From NCBI RefSeq assembly GCF_036365525.1, contig NC_090404.1, forward strand, positions 11,498,550 to 11,562,549: a DNA stretch of 64,000 bases, given 5' to 3'. The first letter of the stretch is position 1. The number at the start of each line of letters is the position of its first letter. Shown here piece after piece: positions 1 to 12,499 of the stretch. The notes beneath the pieces are model-generated. The model saw only the letters and a list, made by a program, of their open reading frames with translations, had not been told where the DNA came from and did no database searches. Origin of the DNA: Heterodontus francisci (lineage: Eukaryota). Position numbers and translations under genes: made by a program.

Positions 1-302
1 GGTGGATAGTGAGAGTCTTTTTCCTCGGATGGTGATGGCAAACACGAGGGGACATAGCTTTAAGTTGAGGGGTGATAGATATAGGACAGATGTCAGAGTT
101 AGTTTCTTTACTTAGAGAGTAGTAGGGGCGTGGAACGCCCTGCCTGCAGCAGTAGTAGACTTGCCAACTTTAAGGGCATTTAAGTGGTCATTGGATAGAC
201 ATATGGATGAAAATGGAATAGTGTAGGTCAGATGGTTTCACAGGTCGGCGCAACATCGAAAGCCGAAGGGCCTGTACTGCGCTGTAATGTTCTAATTCTA
301 AT
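1..302 (+). mobile_element. CR1 LINE 3' end (ORF2 C-terminus + 3' UTR)
   Basis: Decayed TRGHSFKL...FT.RVVGAWNALP motif, CR1/HE1-type tail 'ccgaagggcctgtactgcgctgtaatgttctaattcta'. Confidence 0.85.
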
Positions 303-332
303 TGACTAATTTTAAAAAAAGATTGTACAGAG

Positions 333-2118
333 ATGGCAGGGCCAGTGGTGTGCTGCAACTGCAGAATATGGGAATCTGTGGAATGCACTGAAATCCCGGA
401 CAACCATGTCTGCAGTAAGTGTCTGCAGCTTGTATGACCTTCAGCTCAGAATTGCTGAGCTGGAGACCGAGTTGCTGACATTGCGGAGCATCAGGGAGGG
501 GGAGAGTTACCTGGACACTTTGTTCCAGGAGGCAGTCACACCCCTTAGAGCAGGGAGAACATTAGAGATGGCCAATGTTCAGGGACAGGACGGTGTGACT
601 GCAAGTGAGGCAGGTAGGGGGAATCAGCATGTAGTATTGGAGGAGCCTCAGCTCCTGACCTTGTCAAACAGGTACGAGGTCCTTACTACTTGTGTGGATG
701 AAGAGAAGGACTGCAAGGTGGATGTGCGGACTAACATTGGCACCATAGTGAAAGATGCCATTCCAGTGGGGGGAGTGAAGAGGAATGTGCTAGTGATAGG
801 AGACAGTATAGTCAGGGGGATAGATACTGTTCTCTGCAGCCGCGACCGGGAGCTCCGACGGCTGTGTTGCCTGCCTGGTGCCAGGGTTAAGAACATCTCC
901 TCGTGGCTGGAGAGGAAGCTGGAGTGGGAGTGGGAGGGGAGGATCCAATTGTCATGGACCATGTGGAAACCAATGACATAGGTAGAGCCAGAAATGATGT
1001 TCTGCTTAGAGAATTTGAGGAGTTAGGGTCCAAACTAAAAAGCAGAATATCAAAGGTAATCATCTCCGGATTGTTACCTGAGCCACACGCAAATTGGCAC
1101 AGGGTCAAACAGATTAGAGAACAAAATGGGTGACTGAAAGATTCATGTGGGAGGAAGGGGTTTCGATTCTCGGGGCACAAGCAGCAGTACTCGGGGAAGA
1201 GGGAGCTATTCCATTGGGATGGGCTTCACTTGAACCAGGCTGAAATCAGTATCCTGGCCAATCGCATGACTAGGGCTGTGGACAGGGCTTTAAACTAACG
1301 GAGGGTGGGGAAAGAGATTGGGTAAAGGGAAATTTAGAAATCCAAAGAGAGAGGTCAGGGCATCGGAGCAGGATAGTGATGTGGGTAACTCCCAACAGAA
1401 TGGGACAGGAAGGGACAGAGAGTTTAACAAAAATTGTACATTGACAAATAAGGTAATTGCAGGGTATAGAGGTAAAAAAATGAAACTAAAGTTCCTTTAT
1501 CTGAATGCATGAAGCATCTGTAAGATGATAGATGAACTAGTGGCACGAAGAGAGGTAAATGATCAAGATCTAATTGCCATTACCGAGACATGGTTACAAG
1601 GAAATCAAGGTTGGGAAATGAATTTTCCAGGTTACACAATATTTCGGAAAGACAGACAGAATGGCAAATGAGGAGGGGTAGCCCTGATAGTAAAGGATGG
1701 CAAAAGGACATTAATAAGAAGGGATATGGCTTCAGAATATCATGAAGTAGAATCAGTTTGGGTGGAAATTAGGAATAGCAGGAGTCAGAAAACACTGGTG
1801 GGAGTAGTTTACAGGCCCCCCTAACAGTAGTTATATTATTGGACAGAACATTAAACAGGAAATTATTGGAGCATGTAAAAAAGGTAATGTATTAATTGTA
1901 GGGAACTTTAATCTGCATAAAAACTGCGACAATCAAATTGGTCGAGAAGATGAATTTGTAGAATGCTTTTGTAACCGTTTCTTGGAGCAATACGTTGTAG
2001 AACCGACTAGGAATAAAGCTACCTTAGACCTTGTATTGTGTAATGAAGCAGGGTTAATAAGCAATGTCACAGTAAAAGATCCACTGTGAAATAGTGATCA
2101 TCACATCATTGCATTTCA
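333..2118 (+). mobile_element. CR1 LINE 5' part: disrupted ORF1 (Cys motif, leucine zipper, SGNH/GDSL esterase) and ORF2 APE endonuclease
   Basis: MAGPVVCCNC...VCSKC, LQLRIAELETEL, VLVIGDSIVRG, CLPGA; then LKFLYLNA, ITETWL, SDH motifs with stops and frameshifts; continues at 3447 after a Penelope insertion. Confidence 0.85.
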
Positions 2119-2217
2119 ATAAAAGCAAAATACTGCGGATGCTGGAAATCTGAAACAAAAACAAGAAATGCTGGATTCACTCAGCAGGTCTGGCAGCATC
2201 TGTGGAAAGAGAAGCAG

Positions 2218-2254
2218 AGTTAACGTTTCGGGTCAGTGACCCTTCTTCGGAACT
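2218..2254 (-). ncRNA. Minimal type I hammerhead-like motif in the Penelope terminus (core variant CCGAAGA)
   Basis: Minus strand reads AGUU-CCGAAGA-A-GGGUC(ACU)GACCC-GAAA-CG-UU-AACU. Confidence 0.55.
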
Positions 2255-2634
2255 GACAAATATTAGAAAAGTCACAGATTATAAACAAGTGAGGTGGGGG
2301 TTGGGCAAGAGATAACAAAGGAGAAGGTGCAGATTGGACCAGGCCACATAGCTGACCAAAAGGTCACGGAGCAAAGGCAAACAATATGTTAATGGTGTTT
2401 TGAAAGACAAAGCATTAGTACAGATTAGGTGTGAATATACTGAATATAGAACATCAGCAAGTGCAAACCTGAAGAAAAACAACCTGAAAAAAACAGTGGG
2501 TAAGCAAACTGAACAAACTAAGATGAAATGAAATAAATGCAAAAAAAGATTGTAAAAAATGTAAAAAGGAATGCAAAAAAAAGGAAGAAAAAATAACTAA
2601 AAATGACTAAAAATGAAAGTAAAGTGGGGGGCTG

Positions 2635-3446
2635 TCATGCTCTGAAATTATTGAACTCAATGTTCAGTCCGGCAGTCTGTAGTGTGCCTAATCGGTAGAT
2701 GAGATGCTGTTCCTCGAGCTTGCGTTGATGTTCACTGGAACACTGCAGCAATCCCAGGACAGAGATGTGAGCATGAGAGCAGGGGGGAGTGTTGAAATGG
2801 CAAGCAACCGGAAGCTCAGGGTCCTGCTTGAGGACTGAGCGGAGATGTTCCGCAAAGCGGTCACCCAGTCTGCGCTTGGTCTCCCCAATGTAGAGGAGAC
2901 CACACTGTGAGCAGCGAATACAGTATACTACATTGAAAGAAGTACAAGTAAATCGCTGCTTCACCTGAAAGGAGTGTTTGGGGCCTGGGATAGTGAGGAG
3001 AGAGGAGGTAAATGGGCAGGTATTACACCTCCTGCGATTGCAAGGGAAGGTGCCCTGGGACGGGGACGAGGTGGTGGGGGTAATGGAGGAGTGGACCAGG
3101 GTGTCGCGGAGGGAACGATCCCTTCGGAATGCTGACAGGGGAAGGGAGGGGAAGATGCGACTGGTAGTGGCATCACGCTGGAGGTGGCGAAAATGGCGGA
3201 GGATGATCCTTTGGATATGGAGGCTGGTGGGATGAAAAGTGAGGACAAGGGGAACCCTGTCACGGTTCTGGGAGGGAGGGGAAGGGGTGAGGGTAGAGGT
3301 GCGGGGAATGGGTCGGACACGGTTGAGGGCCCTGTCAACCACAGTGGGGGGAAATCCTCGGTTGAGGAAAAAGGAGGTCATATCAGAAGCACCGTCATGG
3401 AAGGTAGCATCATCAGAGCAGATGCGTCGGAGACGGAGAAACTGGG
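2635..3446 (-). CDS. Penelope RT thumb/linker + GIY-YIG endonuclease (partial, open frame)
   Basis: SQFLRLRRICS, RVPLVLTFHP, CNRRRCNTC, NVVYCIRCSQCGLLYIGETKRRLGDRFAEH, RKLEEQHLI, GLN. Confidence 0.85.
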
Positions 3447-3700
3447 ATTTCATGTTAAGTTTGAAAGTGACACATTTCAATCACAGACAAGAATCTTAAA
3501 CCTAAACAAATTCAATTACGAAGCTATGAGGGGAGAACTGGCTAAGATTAATTGGGTAAATAGACTGGAAGGTATGGTGGTAAATGAACAGTGGGAAACA
3601 CTTAAAGAAACAATTCAGAGGGTTCAACCAAAGTACATTCCATTCAAAAACAAAAACTCACCAAGAAAGACCCATCGTGGCTCACTCAGGAACTTAAATT
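3447..3700 (+). mobile_element. CR1 ORF2 continuation
   Basis: FHVKFESD...RILNLNKFNYEAMRGELAKINW...QWETLKETI. Confidence 0.75.
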
Positions 3701-5838
3701 TCGAACAGATCTAGCAGTGCAAAACTGGGCATCCATGAGGCGCTGTGGACCATCAACAGCAGCAGAATTGTACTCAACCACAATCTGTAACCTCATAGCC
3801 CGGCATATCCCCCACTCTACCATAACCAACAAGCCGGGGGATCAATCCTGGTTCAATGAAGAGTGCAGGAGGGCATGCCAGGAGCAGCACCAGGCATACC
3901 TCAGAATGAGGTGTCAACCTGGTGAAGCTACAACCCAGGACTACTTGCATGCCAAACTGCATAAGAAGCATGCGATAGACAGAGCTAAGCAATCCCACAA
4001 CCAACGATTCGATCTAAGCTCTGCATTCCTGCCACATCCAGTCGTGAATGGTTGTGGACAATGAACAATTAGCAGAAGGAGGTAGTTCCACAAATATCCC
4101 CATCCTCAATGATGGGGGAGACCAGAACATCAGTGCAAAAGATATGGCTGAAGCATTTGAAACAATCTTCAGCCAGAAGTACCAAGTGGATGATCCATCT
4201 TGGCCTCCTCCTGAAGTGCCCAGCATCACAGATGCCAGTTTTCAGCCAATTTGATTCACTCCACCTGATATCAAGAAAGGACTGAAGGCACTGGATACTG
4301 CAAAAGCCATGAGCCCTGACAATATTCCGGCAATAGTACTGAAGACCTGTGCTCCAGAACGAGCTGCACCCCTAGCCTAGCTGTTCCAGTACAGTTACAA
4401 CACTGGGATCTAGCCAGCAATGTGGAAAATTGTCCAGGTATGACCTGCACACAAAAAGCAGGCCAATTTCCACCCCATCAGTCTACTTTCATTCCTCAGT
4501 AAAGTGATGGAAGATGTCATTGACAGTGCTATCAAGCGGCACTTGCTTCGCAATAACCTGCTCAGTGACGCTCAGTTGGAGTTCCGCCAGGGCCACACAG
4601 CTCCAAACCTCATTACAGCCCTGATTCAAACATGGACAAAAGAGCTGAACTCAAGAGGTGAGGTGAGAGTGACTGCCCTTGTCATCAAAGCAGCATTTGA
4701 CCGAGTATGGCATCAAGGAGCCCTAGCAAAACTGAAGTCAATGGGAATCATGGGGAAAACTCTCCGCTGGTTGGAGTCATACCTAGCTCAAAGGAAGATG
4801 GTTGTGGTTGTTGGAGGTCAATCATCTCAGCTCCAGGACATCACTGCAGGAGTTCCTCAGGGTAGTGTCCTAGGCCCAACCAACTTCAGCTGCTTCATCA
4901 ATGACCTTCCTTCAATCACAAGGTCAGAAATGGGGATGTTCGCTGATGATTGTGCAATGTTCAGCACCATTCGTGACTCCTCAGATACTGAAGCAGTCCA
5001 TGTAGAAAAGCAGCAAGACCTGGACAATATCCAGGCTTGGGCTGATAAGTGGCAAGTAACATTTGCGCCACACAAGTGCCAGGCAATGTCCATCTCCAAC
5101 AAGAGAGAATCTAACCATCTCCCCTTGACATTCAATGGCATTACAATTGCTGAATCCCCCAATATCAACATCCTAGGGGCTACCATTGACCAGAAACTGA
5201 ACTGGAGTAGCCATATAAATACCGTGGCTACAAGAGCAGGTCAGGAGCTAGGAATCCTGCGGTGAGTAACTCACCTCCTGACTCCCCAAAGCCTGTCCAC
5301 GATCTACAACGCACAAGTCAGGAGTGTAATGGAATACTGTCCACTTGCCTGGATGGGTGCAGCTCCAACAACACTCAAGAAGCTCAACACCATCCAGGAC
5401 AAAGCAGCCTGCTTGATTGGCACCCTATCTACAAACATTCACTCCCCCCACCACCAAAGCACAGTTGGAGCAGTGTGTACCACCTACAAGATGCACTGCA
5501 GCAATGCACCAAGACTCCTTAGACAGCACCTTCCAAACCCGCGACCTCTACCAACTAGAAGGACAAGGGCAGCAAATGCATGGGAACACCACCACCTGCA
5601 AGTTCCCCTCCAAGTCACACACCATCCTGACTTGGAGCTATATTGCCAATCCTTCACTGTTACTGGGTCAAAATCCTGGAACTCCCTTCCGAACAGCACT
5701 GTGGGTGTACCTACCCCACATGGACTGCAGCGGTTCAAGAAGGCAGCTCACCACCACCTTCTCAAGGGCAATTAGGGATGGGCAATAAATGCTGGCCTGG
5801 CCAGTGATGCCCACATCCCATGAATGAATGAAAAAAAA
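3701..5838 (+). mobile_element. CR1/L2-group LINE (second family, 'B'), disrupted RT and 3' end
   Basis: WFNEECRRA, TAL.IKAAFDRVWH, GVPQGSVLGP, MFADD motifs; tail 'aataaatgctggcc...cccatgaatgaatgaaaaaaaa'. Confidence 0.85.
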
Positions 5839-5975
5839 GGCAATGACCATCTCCAACGAGAGAGAATCTAAGCATCTCCCATTGACATTCAATAACATTA
5901 TGATCGCCGAATCCCCCACTATCAACATCCTGGGGGTTACCATTGACCAGAAACTGAACTGGAGTAGCCATATAA
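5839..5975 (+). repeat. Duplicated internal fragment of LINE family B
   Basis: Near-copy of ~5081-5217 (AMTISNERESKHLPLTFN...DQKLNWSSHI). Confidence 0.7.
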
Positions 5976-6029
5976 GTATTAAATGCGGCGCCTGGAACTG
6001 GAGGCAATGCTCCAGCTGAGGCCAAACTA

Positions 6030-6290
6030 GTGTGTTTTATAAATTGAACATAACTTCCTTGCTCTTGTACTCTATGCCCTACTAATAAAGCCCAGGATAC
6101 TGTATGCTTTATTAACTACTCTCTCAACCTGTCCTGCTACCTTCAATGACTTATGCACATATGCACCCAGGTGTGCCTGCTTCTGTGTATGTCCTTTTGA
6201 AGTTCTGTACTATCCTCCTCACAATTCACAATGCTTCCAAGTTTTGTCTCATCTACAACCTCGCAATTGTGCCCTGTACACCAAGGACGA
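6030..6290 (-). mobile_element. Degenerate CR1 RT fragments
   Basis: Reverse strand resembles LKVAGQV..VVNKAYSILGFI and DLVLGVQG..AR.VDETKLG. Confidence 0.55.
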
Positions 6291-6295
6291 GGTCA

Positions 6296-6898
6296 TGAAT
6301 ATATATCAGGAAAAGCAATGCAACTTTCAGATTTCGACCATCTTTGTAAGGGTTGGCAAAAGGGTACAAGTAAATCAACATTAAATTTCAAATATACCTG
6401 CATAATATTTCCCCAAGAAGAACTACAAACGAGGTCCACACCAACTGGGCAAGGATAAAAACTTTTTTTTTGCAAAATAAGAAACATTGTCAAACGTCTG
6501 ACAAGACGTGGCGTCCATCTTTCTGTGGGGCAATGGAGCTTCCTTTCGCCTGGCTGAATGGCGTTGCAGCAGACGTGCCCCGAACAAAGATGGCGACAAT
6601 GCGGCCGGTGTTTGCAAATCCCTGGGGACGTCAGACGTTTCGGCCCCAACCGCAGCCGGTGCGCGTGCGCGAATTGCGCGAGTGGCGGTTGTCAGAGGCG
6701 CGCGGAGGTTTTCTTTTTCGCATCGAGAGGTTTGAGCGGGGAACGGTTAACGGTCGCCGGCGTTGCCATGGCTGCGGGGGCGGTGCTTGGTAACGGCGCG
6801 CGCCGGCACAATTGGACCATCGAGCTGAGCAGCAGCAGGTGAACGGCCAGGAGCAAGGCCGCGGAGAGCGCCTGGGGCTCGAGTGGGAGGCGGCAGCC
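6296..6898 (+). promoter_or_regulatory. CpG-island module X copy 1, with putative first coding micro-exon (ATG 6768, donor after 6838)
   Basis: CpG-rich; YY1-like AAGATGGCG, NRF1-like TGCGCGTGCGC, ACTACA, AACGGTTAACGG, gccATGg Kozak, CAG|GTGAAC donor; paralogous to 31575-32290 and 53205-53930. Confidence 0.65.
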
Positions 6899-7845
6899 AA
6901 AGACATCCTGCGTGGCAGTGACTACCCTGATCACATCATTTCTGGCTGTATATCACGCAAACTTAAGAACGGGCCTAAGGCCGTCAATTCGGCCCTGAAA
7001 AGTGTCCGGTCTACCTCAAATTACCCTGGAAGGGTAACACATCCCAAAAATTTGAGCAACAGGTAAAGCTAGCTGTTTCATGCTGTTACTATGCAGTAGC
7101 AACACATGTGGTGTTCGCCAGTAACAGGATGCTGCTGTCAAGCCAAAGAGATGCCCTGCCTTTCACACAACTGAGTAACGTGATGTATGAATTTCAGTGC
7201 CAGTGTGATGCTATGTATATAGGCCGTACGTCCCAAAGACTGGCAGATCGTATTAAACAACATGCCGCTTCTGCTGTTTGCAACAGGCAAGGTATGGGCC
7301 GTACCCAACCAGTCCGTGCTTGCAAAACTCAAAACGCAGTGTCCAACATTAGATGTGATTCCGCGACTGAACAACATTTGCTAAATAATCCTCAGTGTGC
7401 TAAGAATTATGCTGACAACCAGTTTAAGATTGTCAGTAGAGCTTGCAGTGTGGCACATTTGCGCGTACTGGAAGCTACATATATTAATATGCAGGGCTCT
7501 GTTCTTTGCAGACAGAAAGAACACGTATACACATTGCGCCTGTTTCAGCTGAACAAAATAAGTGACAGCTATTTGCTGGTTCATTCCTCAGGGCAATACC
7601 TTGACCAATCAGAGTCAAGCTGCCTGGTTTAAATTTCAAACAAAGCTTGGCGGTTAACTGTCAGTCACTGTAAACTGGTGCATTCTCCATGGCAACGTTT
7701 CTACCAATCAAAGTTCACTTGCCATCAATCAGCTCTCTCTTCTCACAGTGTAGAGTTGTTGCTTCCCCTCACGTTGTTATTCTTGCGGATTGTCCTGATG
7801 AGTGCAAGACGAAAAGCTTTGACAACGTGTCTCTATTTTTAGCAA
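6899..7845 (+). mobile_element. Penelope-like element (family B), 3' portion with GIY-YIG and terminal repeat
   Basis: NVMYEFQCQCDAMYIGRTSQRLADRIKQH, LRVLEATYI, LCRQKE; CCAAT boxes and hammerhead motif in the 3' terminus. Confidence 0.85.
7790..7825 (+). ncRNA. Minimal type I hammerhead ribozyme
   Basis: UUGUC-CUGAUGA-GU(GCAAG)AC-GAAA-AGCU-UU-GACAA; perfect 5-bp stem I, palindromic stem III. Confidence 0.75.
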
Positions 7846-7849
7846 TACG

Positions 7850-9480
7850 TAGTATACAAAATTGAAAGTAGTACAAGTAAATTGCTGTTTCACCTTGAGG
7901 GAGAGTTTGGGGCCTTGGCCAGTGAGAATAGAGGAGTTAGAATCATAGCCTATGGCACAGAAAGAGGCTACTTGGCCCATCGTGTCTTCACCGGCCGAAA
8001 AACGAGCCACGCAGCCAAATCCCATTTCCCAGCATTTGGTCCATAGCTCTGCAGGTTACGGCATTTGAGGTGCACATCCAGGCACCTTTTAAATGAGTTG
8101 AGGGTTTCTGCCTCTACTACTCTTACAGGCACTGAGTTCCAGACTATCACCACCCTCTGGGTGAAAACTTTTTTTCCTGATCCCCCCTCTAATCTTTCTA
8201 CCAATCACTTTAAATCTATGTCCCCTAGTCGCTGACCTTTCTGCTAAGGTAAACTGGCAATTCACATGCACTCCATACAGGCCCCCCTCACAATTTTGTA
8301 CATTTCAATCAAATCACACCTCAGTCTTCTCTATTCCAAGGAGAACAACCCCAGCCTATCCAATCTTTCCTTTTCGCTGCATTTTTCCAGTCCCGGCAAC
8401 ATCTTTGCAAATCTCCTCTATGCCCTCTCTTGTGCAATTACATCCTTTCTGTAAAGAGGTGACCAGAACTACACACAGTACTCAAGTTGTGGCCTAGCTA
8501 ATGAGTTGTACAGTTCTGTCATAACCTCCCTGCTCTTGCATTCTATACCTTGGCTAATAAAGGAAAGGATTCCTTGCCTTCTTAACCACCTTATCGACCT
8601 GTCCTGCTACCTTCGGGGATCTGTGGACATTCACTCCAAGGTCCCTCACTTCCTCTACACCTCTTAGTATTCTCCCATTAATCATGTATTCATTTGCCTT
8701 GTTTGACCTCTCCAATTGCATCACCTCATACTTCTCTGGGTTGAATTCCATTTGCCACTTTTCTGCCCATCTGACCAGTCCATTGAGATATTTCTGCAGC
8801 CTACAGCTATCCTCCTCGCTATCTACAACACAGCCAATCTTTGTGTTGTCTGCAAACTTCTTGATCATGCCCCCTACATTTAAGTCCAAATCGTTAATAT
8901 ATGCCACAAAAAGCAGGGGACACAGTACTGAGCCCTGCGGAACACCACTGGAAACAGCTTTCCAGTCGCTAAAACACCCATTAACAATTACCCTTTGTTT
9001 CCTGCCACTGAGCCAATTTTGTATCCGCCTTGCTACATTGCCCTGGATCACATGGGATTTTATTTTTTTAACCAGTCTGCCGTGTGGGACCTTGTCAAAA
9101 GCCTTGCTAAAATCCACATAGACCACATCAACTGCACTACCCTCATCAATCCTTTTTAAAAGGGCAGGTGTTACATCTCCTGTGCTCACATAGGAAGGGA
9201 AATGGGTGCTGGATGTGATAGAGGTTTGGAGCAGAGTGTCGCGGAGGGAACGGTCCTACCAGAATGCTGAAACGGGATGGGAAGATGTGTTTGGTGGTGG
9301 CATCACTGGAGGTGGGGAAATGATGGAGGATGATGTGTTAAATGTGGAGGCTGGTGGGGTGGAAGAGGAGGACAAGAGGAACCCGATCTTGCGTCTGAGA
9401 GACAGGGAAGGGTGAGAGCAAAGGTGGAGGAAATGGAATGGACCAGGAAGGAGGAGGCTGGAGGGAGCAGGTTAATAAAC
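7850..9480 (-). mobile_element. Old Penelope A-type fragment (7850-7938 and 9160-9480) split by a CR1 insertion
   Basis: KVKQQFTCTTFNFVY and QDRVPLVLLFHPTSLHI; the same fragment precedes module Y at 30085-30725 and 35590-36250. Confidence 0.65.
7939..9155 (-). mobile_element. CR1 LINE RT/3' end, 5'-truncated
   Basis: VDVVYVDFSKAFDKVPH, GVPQGSVL, KFADNTK, FTQRVV..WN. Confidence 0.9.
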
Positions 9481-9489
9481 TCTGGGGCA

Positions 9490-9789
9490 ACGCAGGCTTC
9501 ACACCGAGTATATCTCCAGGCCCCAATATAAATCAGAGAACATTATCTGATTTACAAAAAGGTCTCAAAGCCTGAATAAGAAGCTACTGGCCCCATGTTG
9601 CACCAAGTGGGGTGGCAGCTGCAGGGCCTCTCTCAGTGAGAGGCCTGGGTTAACAGATGGCATCTTTATAGGAGGCAATGTGCAGCAGGACGCATGCGCG
9701 GCCATCCTGGGCCAGGAAGCAGGAGGAGAGAATGTTGTGAATTTCTATCCTGGACTGACAGTGATGGCTTTTGTAAACTCCTTTTACAG
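9490..9789 (+). promoter_or_regulatory. Module Y copy 1, ending in the ZNF-exon splice acceptor
   Basis: CGCATGCGC motif, branch-like ACTGAC, 'ttttgtaaactccttttacAG'; paralogous to 29763-30060 (-) and 36260-36822. Confidence 0.6.
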
Positions 9790-10094
9790 AGTATTGGAAG
9801 CGGAAGATTTGCAGACAGGAAATTCAAACCAATCACATCAAGATCTGACAGTCGCTTGCTACATCAAGACCTGAATGTCAAATATTTGTCTGTTGCTGTG
9901 TGCAGGAAAAGATTTCAGAAATCAGTGTGACTGGTAAAGCACCGAGGTACGCACACCCGAGTGAGAGTGTTCCAGTGCGCTGACTGAACAAACTTCACGC
10001 CATTCACAACAGGGAGAGGCTGTACACCTGTTCTGTGTGCGGACAAGGCTTCAAGTGAGCGTGCAACCTGGAGAGGCACAAGGACGCCCGCACC

Positions 10095-10769
10095 ACGGAG
10101 AAACCGTGGAAATGCAGGGACTGCGGGAAGAGATTCAATTACCCATCCCAGCTGGAAACGCATCGACACAGTCACACTGGGGAGAGGCCGTTCACCTCCT
10201 GCGCGTGTGGGAAGGGATTCACTCAGTTATCTTCTCTGCTGGCACACCAATGTCTTCACACTGGGGAGAGGCCATTCACTTGCTCCACGTGTGGAAAACG
10301 ATTCACTCAATCGGGAAATCTTCTGACACACCAGCGGGTTCACACTGGGGAGAGGCCATTCATCTGTTCCGTGTGCGGAAAGGGATTCACTCAGTCATCT
10401 GCTCTGCTGACACACCAGCAAGTTCACTCCAGTGACAGACCTTTTAAATGTTCTGACTGTGAAAAGAGCTTTAAAAGCAGAAATGATCTGCTGAAACACC
10501 AGCGCACTCACACTGGGGAGAGACCGTTCACCTGCTCTGTGTGTGGGAAGGGATCCACTCAGTTATCCCACCTGCTCTCACACCAGCTAGTTCACTCCAG
10601 TAACAGACCTTTTAAATGTTCTGACTGTGAGAAGAGCTTTAAAAGCAGAAACTACTTGATGCAACACCAGCGAATTCACACTGGAGAGAGACCGTTCACC
10701 TGCTCTGTGTGTGGGAACAGATTCAATAATTCATCCAACCTGCTGAGACACCAGCGAATTCACAAGTGA
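10095..10769 (+). CDS. C2H2 ZNF array A, 8 fingers (finger 2 lacks normal Cys spacing), open frame starting at ACG
   Basis: [33 protein letters not shown]... to HQRIHK-stop; in frame with the ORF-track entry 10371-10769. Confidence 0.7.
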   Translation, partial: TEKPWKCRDCGKRFNYPSQLETHRHSHTGERPFTSCACGKGFTQLSSLLAHQCLHTGERPFTCSTCGKRFTQSGNLLTHQRVHTGERPFICSVCGKGFTQSSALLTHQQVHSSDRPFKCSDCEKSFKSRNDLLKHQRTHTGERPFTCSVCGKGSTQLSHLLSHQLVHSSNRPFKCSDCEKSFKSRNYLMQHQRIHTGERPFTCSVCGNRFNNSSNLLRHQRIHK

Positions 10770-11354
10770 CTGCAGGGATTGGATTCTGCTGTTAATCACA
10801 TCCAGCAACTATGTTCATTCTGACAGTTAGGGTTTGTTTCTGCTGATGTTAATAACCCCAATAACTGGGCTGGAATTTAATATTCTGGATCAATGTCAAA
10901 TAATTCAGCTATGTTTTCAACACAGTTTGTCGAGTATTTGTTTCTTTCCAGGATAAGAGGAGACTAATTGAAATCCTGCTGTCTACTGTTCCAATTTTGG
11001 GCCTTTTCTCCTCTGTTAAAAACTTGTCACAAAAGGCACCACAAAAATACATCAGTACATTACAAAACAGGTTACAGCCAACGAAGTGTAGAGGGAGCTT
11101 TTCTCTGTACCTAACCCGTGCTGTATCTGACTGGAGCATGTTTCAAGCAGACACTCACTGATGGGACTGTCCCACTCCCCGGCACTGACATCCATCACCT
11201 CAATGAAAATAACATTTAACCCAAAGAAACCCATCAGTTTTTCCCGCGGACACAGATCTGGAGGGACAGTATTTTTGTACAGTCTGCTCGATATTTCATC
11301 CCAGGGTCTGAATCTTTTGGTGATTATTTGAATTTGATGCACTTTAGTTACTGA

Positions 11355-11742
11355 CTCACTAACCAGTGGAAATAGTTTTTCCTTATTTACCTGATGAAGA
11401 TTTGGACCCCTCCCTCAGATCTCCAATGACCCTTTGTTCTAATGAAAAGAGCCCCAGTTTCTCTAATCTCTCCTGATAACTAAAGCCTCTCTTCCTTGGT
11501 ATCATCTCAGTGAATCTCTTTTTGCAGCCTCTCCATGGGCGTGACATCCTTCCTGCTGTAAGATCCCAAAACTTGACCCAATATTCTAACTGCAGCCTAG
11601 CTAATGATTTGTACAAGTTTATGTGACCTCTGTGTCTTTTTGTATTCTACACCTCCAATTATAAAACCCAGGATCTCATTGTGCTTTTTAACCACTTTAT
11701 CAACTTGTCCTCCCACTTTTAAATGTTAGTGTCTCTGAACCC
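11355..11742 (-). mobile_element. Degenerate CR1 fragment
   Basis: LYKSLARLQLEYWVKFW...SYQERLEKLGLFSLEQR. Confidence 0.75.
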
Positions 11743-11756
11743 CTTGTAGGGATTAG

Positions 11757-12097
11757 AGTTAGATTAGATTAGAGATACAGCACTGAAACAGGCCCTTCGG
11801 CCCACCGAGTCTGTGCCGACCATCAACCACCCATTTATACTAATCCTACACTAATCCCATATTCCTACCAAACCTGTCCCTATATTTCCCTACCACCTAC
11901 CTATACTAGTGACAATTTATAATGGCCAATTTACCTATCAACCTGCAAGTCTTTTGGCTTGTGGGAGGAAACCGGAGCACCCGGAGAAAACCCACGCAGA
12001 CACAGGGAGAACTTGCAAACTCCACACAGGCAGAATGGAACCCGGGTCCCTGGAGCTGTGAGGCTGCAGTGCTAACCACTGCGCCACTGTGCCGCCC
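11757..12097 (-). mobile_element. tRNA-derived V-SINE (HE1-like)
   Basis: A box TGGCGCAGTGG, V-domain 'gggttttctccgggtgctccggtttcctccca', CR1-type tail and (TCTAA)n. Confidence 0.85.
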
Positions 12098-12499
12098 TAA
12101 TTAGCATAACATGTTTAAATAAATTGGTATCAAATGATTGATATAATGATATTCTGGGATAGAAAAGTTTAGTCTGCGTTAGCTACTCAAACAGGTGCCT
12201 CATTGCAGACAGGTCACCATGGCAACACTGATAAGCCATTCCATTCCACAGAATCAGCTCATTGGAAACTCTAATCAGATCAGGGGAAAGGACTATGTTT
12301 GTCTGTTATGGAAAACAATATAATCTTAAACCAGAGTGTGCAATAGATCAGATTATAATGTGTAATATTTATACTGATAATTGTGAAACTATAAGAAATA
12401 ACAGAATTGACAGTAGGCAGGGTTGTTTGAGGACAATGAGATAATTACTGAAGAAAAGTAACTGCTGGGAACCAAGGAATGTGTCCTTGTAATATAGGT

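Larger units (their letters stand above)
2119..3446 (-). mobile_element. Penelope-like element (family A), 5'-truncated, young
   Basis: GIY-YIG ORF plus 3' terminus; flanked by a 6-bp duplication ATTTCA (2113-2118 and 3447-3452); removing it restores the CR1 frame SDHHIIAFHVKFESD. Confidence 0.9.

Noticed and set aside
6768-6838. WxIELSSSR as a PARP-type zinc-finger start (EYAKSGR)
   Set aside because: The similarity is too weak and no downstream CxxC exon was seen.
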